Positions 11,801 to 23,800 of a stretch of 64,000 bases of DNA are shown in pieces. The translations under genes were made by a program, and so were the position numbers. The first letter of the stretch is position 1; each line of letters starts with the position of its first letter. The notes below the pieces were generated by a model. The model worked only from the letters and a program-made list of their open reading frames with translations, made no database searches and was not told where the DNA came from. Source of the DNA: Podarcis pityusensis (taxonomy: Eukaryota); NCBI GenBank assembly GCA_964106645.2, contig OZ067046.1. One strand, 5' to 3'.

Positions 11801-14800
11801 ATCCCTGTACAACATTAAAAAAATTCACAAAGGAACATGTAGCTTCTGCTACTTTCTGCAGACAAATAATTTATCTGGGTAGCTTTTGAGTGCTGAATGA
11901 AGCTTCCTCTGTTTGCTTTCTTTATATACTTCCTTTCTTCCATGCCACCCAAGGCAGTTTACAATTTTAAATATACATAAATGCTACATATGTTACAAAA
12001 TAAAGAACAGGGTTCTCTCAGGAGCTGAGAGCATGAGATTGCTGGCCTACGTCTTCTTGCTTCTGCTTTCCTTCAAGGACACACAGCCCTTAAGTACCTC
12101 CAGCGAAAGGGGAGGCTACCCCAACTTTTCTTAAGCAACTCTTTAGGAGTTGCTGTTATGTGCATCCTGACCTGGACTTCTGCCTTTCTTCAAGGCACAC
12201 AGGTCTTCGCAAATTTAAGATGGGTTTGTATGCTTGTTGTCTGGCCCACCACTGTTTCCACCACTGCAGTGCCATGCCTACCAGCACTAACTCCAGAGCC
12301 ATGGTGGCAGCAGTTTCCTGCCACAAGGGACTGAGGCTGAAAAGAGGTAAAACTTCTTGGCAAAACTGGAGTGGGAAGTTACATAACAAGCAGTGCTTAT
12401 TTTCCAGCATACATATCCATTTGCAGTTATACTTTACAAGGTCTGTCTCCCCATTAATATCCAGATGTTTTGTTTGTTAAACTTTGTAGGATCATTTCAT
12501 GGAAGTAATTAGAAACCAAGAATTTTTATTGTTACCAGCCACTGAAATTGCAAAGCTTTTAGCAAGTGATGATATGAATATTCCAAACGAAGAGACCATC
12601 CTCAATGCATTGCTTACATGGGTGAGACATGATTTGGATCAAAGAAAGATGGATCTCAGCAACCTCCTGGCATACATCAGGCTGCCATTACTTGCACCAC
12701 AGGTAAATAAATGGCTGCAATCTGTATAGCTGTTCTTTCATCTTTCACCCATTGATACCAGTAAATTAAGGTGATATGGTTTGGTTGCCTCCCACTTGGA
12801 AACCTCTGCATTCATGCAGGGAATCAGCTTACCATTAATACAGTGCCACCAGTAACACACTGTGGTAATGTAAGCTTTTAACAATTAGGGAGCGGTTTCC
12901 CCGATGACCTATAACTGAATTGGTTCTTTTATAAATAAATGTTTGTTTTGAACATCTTTCATATTTTACATTTACTCAGTGTTCTTAAGACAAAGATTCT
13001 GATTAATTTTGTATATGGGTCTTGTGTAGGAAAAGAAACTAATTGCATCCATGGTTATTCTAGAGCAGCGGTAGGGAATTTTTTGGTTCGGTGGGGCAGA
13101 TCTATTTCAGGATTGACATCAAGGGGGGAAATTTGACATGTGGGCAGCCCCACCTGTTGGATCACCTGATGTCACAATGTTGTCAGATGATTTGGCACTT
13201 TGAAGTTCTGATATCTGGACTTCCAAGCACTGTGCAGACAGCAAGGTGCATCTGCCCCCATCACCAATCAGAAAGCAGATTTGGCTTTCCTGTTTTATCA
13301 GTTGTCCATCCTTGCTCCAGGAGTGATTTTCACTGAAACCACAGCTAAAATTGAGCGTGTCCCCCATTTTAGCAGGGGTTTCAATTATCAGGAAGTGGTT
13401 TGTATCAACTGATGCCTGGCGAGTTCAGTCCTGCTTTCTTCAGGAAAGGCCAAAGCTGGCCTGTATGCTGGAATTTCCCCATCCCTGTTACAGAACAAGC
13501 CAGTGCAAATTGTTTTCTCTTTACCCTGCCCTTCAAAACCAAGTCCCAGGACAGCTTGCAAAAGAAAATCAAAATTTAGTAAAACAATTAAAGCTAATGA
13601 AGCAGCATATTCAAACATGATTCACCAAGATGAAGGCCACCTGCCATGAACATCTTTCTAAAAGTATGCCTTGTAGCATGTGATAAGAAATAACAAGATG
13701 AAATTATTTTTTTTAATAATTCCAGTGGCACCTTTAAGATCAACTAAATATAAGCTTTCAAGGTATGAGCTTTCGTGTTGTAATACACACTTCATCAGAT
13801 ACTCATTACCAAACTAAAAGCTATGGAGAGATATGGTCTGAATAGGGATACTGGATTCATGTCCCATTATACATACTAAAGCTAATTTTGGTCATCTATC
13901 CCCTTAAAAATCCCTTGCCCTTCCCTATGGAACCAACTGCCATAACAGTCATCAACAGTTATAAGATTGAAGCGACCTCTGCTTCAGAGTATCTGAAGAT
14001 GATTTTTTCATCTTTCATCTTGTTATTTATTATGACTATGACAGATCAACACGGCTATCCACCTGAATTTGTAGCATGTGGTTGAAAGTGACCAATATCA
14101 AAACTAAGATAGGCAGTATGCTGAATTATTAATGGTTTGCATACAGCAAATGTTACATACTGCAAACTGAAGCAAGATTCACTAAATCAAGAATCACAAT
14201 AATTTATTCAAAGGAGCCATAACATTATGGGAGAAGTGTTATGTTGCAGCCAGTACAGGTATGTTAGGAACAAAGCATGCCAAGTCAACCTTGACCAAGG
14301 TTTATTGGTCTTTGTTGAAGACTGACACAGTACAATGTGATTTCATTCTGTATTCTGTTCCTTTCATTATAAAGTGTTATGGAGGATGGCAGTGGTTGGA
14401 GTCTAGCAACTAGATAGCAGTACTGTATAAAATTTTATCTGTATGTTTGAAAGATCATAACAATAGGAAGAAAGACTTAAATGCTGTTCCAAATGATGTG
14501 CATGCACACACAAAAACCTGTGTACATGTAATTTCCTGTAACAGAACAAATAGCTGATTGGGGTGTGTGTGTAAATTTTAATCAGGAAAACAGCCTTAGT
14601 ACTGCAATACTGATCCAAATGCCCACCCAGGGAAGGTATTAGCTAAACTTTAAAGAGACAGAAGTCGTGCTCATTTATCTCTGTAATCTTCTCTATCAAA
14701 ATCCATGCCTTTACACAGACATTTTACACTCTCTATTGATTGTAGGTTAGTTGTGTTAATTTGGCATTTTATGTTCAGAATATTCCTGTTAATTTATTCA

Positions 14801-17800
14801 AGTTCAGCACATCGTCTTCTCCTTTTTCTAGTTTTTAGCAGATATGGAAAACAATGCACTCTTCAGAGATGACATTGAATGTCAAAAACTCATTATGGAA
14901 GCAATGAAATACCATCTGTTGCCAGAGAGGCGGCCCATGTTGCAAAGTCCTCGTACGAAACCTAGAAAATCTACAGTTGGTGTGTTGTTTGCAGTTGGAG
15001 GCATGGATGCGACTAAAGGTATGGATTATAGGATGTCTGTACTACAGATGAAAATGCGCATATCACTTCAGGAGTTGAGAGGCTAATTTGTAAGTGTTTT
15101 CACCGGTTCAGTGAAAAGTATATTTTTTGCTCTTCGTGCAAGAGCTGAAAACTGGCCCTACGAATGTGTGACTTAGTTTCTTTTTTTTTTTAAATGATAT
15201 TTATTAAGCATTTTAAAATTACAGAAAAGACAAAGAGACAAAGAAGAAGAAAAAAGAAAAAAAACAAGGGAAAAGCAAACAGCAGTCAAACAGTACAAAT
15301 CAGTAAAAAGCAAAAAAAGCAAAAACAAAACACATCAAAATCCAAAAAACAAAAGTAAACCACAAACATTTAAAAACAAATCCAATATTCCCAAATCCTT
15401 AACTGTCATTGCCTTATTTCATCAACCTCCTCACACCTCCCTTTTTTGTATTCCAGTTATTACTTATAACAGCAAATCCTTCCCATTTTTCATAATATTC
15501 TGTCATTAAATTACCTTACTCTATTTTAACCTTATCTTACTATAAAAGACCCTAAAACTTAAAGCTTAAATCTTACTTATACCAATTTCTCATAACCATA
15601 ACATATTCTTGCATAGTTCTTTTTAACATTTCTGCTAGAGCCAAATAGTTTCGTTCCAACATTTTTCTGATACTCATTAATTTTGGAAAACAATCCTAAA
15701 TAAAAAAAAAATTAAACTTTCTTCCAATCTTCATCCAACGTCTCTTCCTCCTGGTCCCGGGTTTTGTCAGTCCTTTCTGTCCCATCCATCTAGTTCATTA
15801 ACCTGGTAATCTTATGTCCAAGGCCCTTAAGTCTCTTCCATGTCCCTTCCGCAGATCTTCTTCATATTTATACCTGTACTTTACTTTGTCTCCTGGTCCT
15901 TTCACTCGTGGAAACTCCAACTTGACAGTATTTTTGTCCCTTCTCGACAGATCAGCCCCTTTTCCATAGTCCACACTGAACTCCATGTAGTATTTAAAAG
16001 CATGTTTCAAGGTCCCTCCAGAGTTGAGGACCCCCACAACCCCAAACTCCTCACGGCCCATTGCCAGACTTGAAAAGGCAAGACATCCCTGCATAGGGGG
16101 GTCTATCCAGCCCCCCATCTCCAAGCCCAACAAAACTCTATCTCTCCAAATCTGGCTTTTTCCAAGTTCATTTGTCAAATCCAACAACTCATGTTCCTGC
16201 TGGGCCACAGCTCCCTCCATCTCTGCCACCCGAGGTCCAACAACAATCTCCTCCATCATCTGATCTGTCAGAGCACACTCCTGAGTTGATTCCTGGGTGG
16301 GTTCTATATAGGTACCCACTACGTATCCAAAATTTCTAATCGCAACAGTCATCAAATCCGTCTTCTCATGTAACTGTTCCAATAAAGCACTTGTCTTACA
16401 GAAGGCACGCACCAGAGCCTCTGAATACATTGTTATGCAAGGTCAGAAGTCTGTTCCCACGATCTTAATCTGTTTGCAGCTGCGAAGCTCCCCAGTTCAA
16501 GTTTAATAACAGTTTCACAAGCTCCCTCTAGGGGAAGAACTTCTATTTGTATTAATCTCTTTTCTTTTTATTTTTTTTACCAGCAGATCTAACAACAAAG
16601 TTTCCTTTTTCAGATATTTTGTCAGTATTTGTTCCTTTAAAATGCGAAAGAGAACAATGGAATCACTATGTTTCTCTTCTTTTAACTGTCTGTCAAAAAC
16701 ATTTGTCTATAGTCAATGAACTTTCCAAAAACGTCTGTCCTGACACCCCGCTCCCAGGTTCAAGACGGTGGAAAATTACTTTTCTTTACACTCTCTCCTG
16801 CAAGTTTAAACAATCCGGAAAAAATCCCCCCTCTTCTCCTGCTTCCGAAGGGGGTTCAGTAGTTTTAGATGATGAAAGTTGATCCTTTACAAACGATTTT
16901 CTGAACTCTAGTTTGCCATGTCTTTGCTTTAATCTATCTACAAGAAACGGAAGGCTGACTTCCTGTTTAGACCTTCCCGCTTCAGTGCCAAATTAAGAAG
17001 AATTTCCTAATCCAAATTTTCCCTTCTACTCACAGATCGTTGTTTAAAGTCCAATTGTCCAAATTTGATCTGCTCATGGGTAGTTGTTTTTGTAACCAAA
17101 TTGTCCCAGGAAAAAGGTAGCGCTCTCCGGCAACGGCTGTGCAGCTTCGCTCCATGGAAGAAGCAGTTGACTCTCAGCACCGCGCCACTAGCCCCTCTTC
17201 GCTCCGGAGCCCGTAGTTGGGTTCCTTTACGGATTGGGGGGGCGCGAAAGGTGCCCGCCGAGTCCCATGGTCACAGGCTTCCTCCGCCTGTGATTTTTTG
17301 AAGGGTCCCCGCTTCGCCGTAGCGGAACAGACCCGTTTTTCGTGGAGCCAGTCCCTCCGGATCAGAGGGAGTCCGCCATTACCGATGGCGCCACCCCGGA
17401 AGTCCCAAATGTGTCACTTAGTTTCAGCCAGATAAAAGCTGGCTGCAAGGATGCCTGTTAGCTAGCATTTTGTAACTACCACCCTGTTCTCTTCTCTCCC
17501 CCCAAAGGAAAATCTGTGAAGCACTATGCAACTGTGTTTAAAATATTTGTGGCTTATAGTAATAAGATTAAGTATGAACATATAAATATATATGAACCAC
17601 GTAACTCCACCTTCCTGTAAACCCACATGAGGGTGGGGTTTGGGTGGGTGGAACTGAAGGGTTCAGCTTGCTGGAATGTATGTGTTCCATGAAAATAGCA
17701 CACCTAGGCTTACAATATGGATGCAGAACTTCTCATTGCTTTTACAATCTCATATCTTTCTTAACCTAATAAATGATCAATGGAAACATAACCACATGAT

Positions 17801-20800
17801 GGCCATTATATTATTGGTGAAAATATACCAGCCTTACCTTAATCAAGTTCAACAAGCTTGCCTGTTTTGATTAAGAAAAAATGCAAGTGAAAAAGAAGTT
17901 ATAGTAAACTATTACATGATATTATTTCACCTCTGTGCACACAAATATTCAATGAAATAAGACAAAAAATAATCCTAGAAATTAATACTGTTAATAAAGG
18001 TGTATATATACAATGCTGTGTATTCGTAGTTCAAAAACCCCCGAAGCTATCTCAGTATATTTAAATAATTACTAGTTACCAAAGTATTTTATTTAAAAGT
18101 TCTTGTAATGATTGCATAAGTGGCCTTTCATGCTGTGTTGAATATGGATTCTGAATGTACAGCTGAACTTGCAGAACGTTTTCTTTCTAGCTTCAGTTAG
18201 TATTTCATATTGCATGAATGAAGAAATTATGTTACACATATTGAGGAGAGAGCAAATATAAATTCCAGGAAAATGAGACAGATCATAGTTCTACAAACTA
18301 GTTGATTTTATATCTGTCCATAAATTGTTGTTAACATTCTGTTCAGATTTGGTAGGACAAAATATTTAGCAAATGATTATTTGAAACCTTATTTATGTAA
18401 TCGCTATTGACACCACATCTCAAGTATGCACTTCGAAACTACATGAGAACTAATGTATCGTGTGTGTATGTTGGGAATAATTATTTTTGTAAAGAAGTAA
18501 TCAGATTGTTTATCACTATCTGAACCAAATCTATTGTATTTTTGTGGATAGCGATCACAAAGATTTGAGTTTTTAAATTAATATTATTTTATACTACTGC
18601 TAAGGAGCAACAAGCATTGAAAAGTATGATCTCCGTACCAATATGTGGACTCCTGTAGCAAACATGAATGGAAGAAGACTACAATTTGGAGTAGCAGTAT
18701 TAGACGATAAGTTGTATGTTGTTGGTGGTAGAGATGGACTGAAAACACTGAATACAGTGGAGTGTTACAACCCAAAAACAAAAACTTGGAGTGTGATGCC
18801 ACCTATGTCCACTCACCGACATGGTCTGGGTATGTATCTTTTTTTATAACTAAAAGCAAGATATGTGGCTGTTGATTTAAAGCAGAGTCCCGTGCCCAGC
18901 GGAAGGATGAGGAGTACGTGCTGCATACTCTTGGTTGCTTTATTTATAGTTCAAAGCTGGTATATTACAGAAAGACATCTTGCCTCTGCCGGAGCAGAAA
19001 ATGCATCCTCTCTCCCTGACAGCTCGGAGAGAGTCACAAAGTGAAAAACAGGAAACCAGTGTACGTCACATCCAGTCTCCCTTTCCCGTGAGAAACTCCA
19101 ACAGTACAGACTGTGGAATGTAAACACCTGTCTCGTGACAAGCCCTTTCGCTGCACAGTGAAGGTAAAGCAGAAACCAACATCCTCCCCCTTTCTGTGAA
19201 CATCACTGGGCAGCGTGTTCGTACAATATCAGTACAAACCCAACTTCTGCACATAGGTACAGTGTTGATCCCTCGATACAATCTTGGACAATACATCAGC
19301 AGGAATTTCATTACCTGGCATATAGGACACCGTTATGAGTCCCTTCTGAATACATTCCCTAGCATGCTGCAACTTTAATTGCAAGTGCTTCGTGCTTTGC
19401 TTACAACCTTCAGACTTCAGCAAAGCCAAACATGCTTTGTTGTCCTGGTAAACCTGGATTGGACATTTGACAGGAATTTTCATATCTTTGCACAATTGTA
19501 TTAACCATTCACAATCCTTAAGTGAATACGATAGTGCATTCAGTTCGGCTTCACAAGTACTTAAACTAACTGTTGTTTGCTTCTTGCATGACCAATCAAA
19601 CAGACCTTGATTGTACATGTAGCAAACTCCAGACATACTTTTCCTGTCTGTAGTGTCACTTCCAAAACTTGCATCTGCAAATATCTCAAGACCACCAGAC
19701 TTCTGATTGTTAAATCTCAGTCTGTAATGCATAGTGCCTTTCAAATACCGCGCTATGCGTTTCAGAGCTTTCCAATCCTTGACACTAGGATTGTTGACTT
19801 GTCTGCTTAGCAAATTACAGCTAACAGCAATGTCTGGTCTTGAACATCTGGCAATGAAGTTTAGCTTGCCTAGCACACTTCTGTACAGTGTAGTGTCAGA
19901 AAATGCTTCTTCAGTGTCATCTACCTGATAACCTGTTGTCATCGGTGTGTCTACAGGGTTAGCATCCATCAGATTTAGTTTGCTTAACACATCAGCAATT
20001 TTCCGTGACTGGTGTACTAGAATGTTACCATCTTGATCTCTCTCTATTTCCAGAGAGAGGTAGTTGTTTACCTCACCAAGATCTTTCATGTCAAAGTGCT
20101 CTTTCAGTTGAGCTAGGGCGTTATTGTACATTGCGACATCTTTCCAAAAGAATAATAAATCATCAACATAAAACAAACAGTACAGTTTCTTTTGCCCCTC
20201 CTCTTTGACAAATACACATGGATCAGCTTTTCCTTGCTGAAAACCTAGAGAAAACAATACTTCAGTGAGTTTTGTGTGCCAACACCGTGCACTTTGTTTG
20301 AGACCATAAAGGGATTTCTTCAGAGCACAAACAAATCCCTGTTTTACCTGTACGCCATCAGGTGGAAGCATATAAAGTGATTCATCTAGAGATCCGTACA
20401 GAAAAGCTGTATTAATATCATGGTGACTAATGTGTAGATTTTCCTCTGCAGCTAGCTTGAGCATAAGCCTAATGCTTTCATATCTCACTGTGGGTGAATA
20501 GGTCTCGTGATAGTCTTCACCTGGTACCTGTGCAAAACCTCTGGCTACCAATCTGGCTTTGTGTCTGACTATCTTGCCATTTTGATCTGTCTTCGCTTTG
20601 AAGACCCATTTGCTTCCAAGCAGTTTCATTCCTGGAACTACTGGAACTAGCTCCCATGTTTTGTTCCTTTCTAAGGAATCAAGCTCAGCCTTCATGGCAT
20701 TTAACCATGGCTCAGCTTCCTTTGAATCCAAACCCTGGATTTCTTGGAAACTTGAAGGTTCAAATACCTTCTTGGAGCTTTTAACAGCTGTTACTGCTAT

Positions 20801-23800
20801 CGTAGCAAACTCATCAGCAAATCTCTTTGGAGGTCTGCCTTTTGTGGCTCTCTGTGACCTACGAATTAGCCTTAAGTCTTCAACACTCTCCTCTTCCTTC
20901 TTAGGAGAAAAACGACCTACTGTGAACAATGGTTCCTCCAATTCTTGATCAGAGCTTTCAGAGGGTCGCATAGAGGCTTTCGCACTCTTGAAATCCTCTG
21001 AATCACCCGATTCAGTTTCAGATTCAGACTCAGAACCTTCATCAGTGGGTGTGGGTTGTTGTGGTTGCTTTTGACTATCCTCAGTCTCATCACCGTCATC
21101 AGGATAACATTGGAAAATTCCCACATTCTCCCCCCACTTTGCATTGTACTCAACACTTCTCGTGAGCTTAATTGTCTTAGAGTCAGTCATCATTATTCTG
21201 TAAGACCCTTTCTGATAACCTAGAAAGATACCATGCAATCCACGCTTGTCTAACTTGGAGTTTTGTGGTGAGCGAACCCACATGTCAGAACCAAATATTT
21301 TCATGTGTTTGATGTATGGCTTCTTGCCAAACATCTTCTCATAGGGGGTACAACCAATCGCTGAAGATAACCTGCGATTGTAAGTGTAAACAAAACACGA
21401 GAGAGATTCGGCCCAATAACTCTCTGGAAGATTGGCATCATGCAGCAAGGTTTTTAACCCTTGAAGCAATGTCTGATTTGCCCGTTCCGCAAGTCCATTC
21501 TGCCATGGCGAGCGAGGACTAGACAAATCGTGTTGAATTCCTTTCTCAGTCAGAAAAGCTTCAAACTGCTGAGAAGTGAATTCTCCCCCGCGATCAGTGA
21601 AAAGAGTCTTTATCTTCTTACCATGCACATTTTCCAACCAAGCACAGAATTCCTTGAACCTAGGAAAAGCCTCTGATTTCTGCTTGAGATTGTACACAAA
21701 AATATATCTAGAAAATGCATCAATGAGAACCATGAAGTACCTATTTCCACCCAAAGAGGGCGCTAGTGGTCCAACTAAATCAGCATGAACAACCTGGTAT
21801 GGTTCTGTAGCTTGCCTACTAGACACCTTACCTTTCGCAGCCATTTTCACCTTGTTTGCTGCGCATGCTTTGCACTTCATGTGGTACCTGCAGGGTTTAA
21901 TAGTCATACCTTCAACCAAGGCAGGCATTTTAGATACTGCCTCAAAATGCAAATGACCAAATTTTCGGTGAAAATCATGAATACATTCTGCATGCAAACT
22001 TTTGTTAGAACCTGCAATGCAACAAGTGTCATCCTTTTCAACATCATCATAATACAAAACAAACAAACGATCAACATATTCAGCATGCAATACATAATCA
22101 TTTTTCTTTGTGATGATGCACTTCTTGTTCTTGAAGGAAACGTCAATGTTCCGCTCATTCAGCTGTCCAACGCTGAGCAGATTATGTTTGGCGTCTGGCA
22201 CGTAAAGCACATTTTGTATCGATAAGTCCAAACTGTGAAGAACAACAGTTCCGTAGCCTTTACTGGGAATAGTGTGGTCATCCGCCTGGTGAATCGCACC
22301 TTCCTGCGGTGTAAAAGACACAAACAGTCTCTTATCGTTGCACATGTGGTGGGTTGCCGCTGAATCAACAACGAAGAAAGATCTAGACGTCTTCTGGACC
22401 TCTGCAACCTTTGGAGTGAAGCGTGAAACCATAGCCTTGTGCTGCGTTGTCCTAGACACCGGACCTTTGCCTTTGCCTCGGCCTTTTCCGCGCGATGAGC
22501 TTTCGCTGCGCTGCTCTGTCTTGGCCCTGGGATATCTGCATTCCCTCTTCATATGGCCTAGACGTCCACACGAGTAGCATTTCACTGCCTTCAAAGCTTT
22601 GGCGCCATCTGGTGGTTCCACTGCACTATGGGATGACGTCTGTGAAGACTCCCCCTTGCCCATGCAGCTAGCACCCCGGCGATCTGCTTCATTTAAAATC
22701 ACGGCAGTTACATAGTCCACTGTTAGCTGAGCGGTTGGTTGCACAGCAATCTGGGTTGCAACAGACTCCCAACCTGAACCCAAAGATTGTAGTATCATGA
22801 AAGAATACACAGCCTCTGGAAAGTTGAGTCCTCTCTGTTGCAGCTCATGTCTCAGATTTTGCATCTCCATCAGATGTAAACGCACATCTCCACCTTCAGC
22901 AAGAGCCATATTATGCAGCTTGTTAAAGTAAAACATAGTGGACCCAGCTTCTGTCCTTAAGTGAGCTTCTCTCAAAGCTTCCCAAATTTCTCTGGCTGAG
23001 GTCTTATCACGCAATAGACAGAGCTCTTCTGGGGATACTATCAATGTAAGAGTTCCCCTTGCTTTGGAATCCTTAGCTTCCCATGCATCTGTAACTGGAA
23101 CTGGGGGGGTTTCTGTAATCACCTCATACAAACCCTCTTTCCGCAGAATTGCCTCTGCATACAGAACCCAGTCCGCGTAATTTTTCTTGTTGAGCTTAGG
23201 AATCCCACAAGCATCCTGAAGGGCCATCATGACTCTGGCATTAGCCTTCAGCGTCATATATGCTGCTTCAAATCTTGCTGCGTCACTGCTGCAGCTGCCT
23301 TATTCCAAAAGCGCACTTAAAAGTTACTTTCGATTTCCCCAGCATAGTAACTTGTGCCTGGGAGCCTTTTGCCTATTCCCGGCAAAACCGGCTTTGAAAG
23401 TTCAAAGTCCAGCCATAAAGCCATTAACTAGAAGCTGGCAGGCTGCCCGGAGCAGTAGCACATACCTCATCAATCACTTTTACGCGCAGAGCAGATTCCG
23501 ATCCGATCTGTCCCTCTGCATTCCGATCCTTTGCCGGCACTCCGATTCGACTTCTGGAGCCCATAACCACGTGTTGATTTAAAGCAGAGTCCCGTGCCCA
23601 GCGGAAGGATGAGGAGTACGTGCTGCATACTCTTGGTTGCTTTATTTATAGTTCAAAGCTGGTATATTACAGAAAGACATCTTGCCTCTGCCGGAGCAGA
23701 AAATGCATCCTCTCTCCCTGACAGCTCGGAGAGAGTCACAAAGTGAAAAACAGGAAACCAGTGTACGTCACATCCAGTCTCCCTTTCCCGTGAGAAACTC

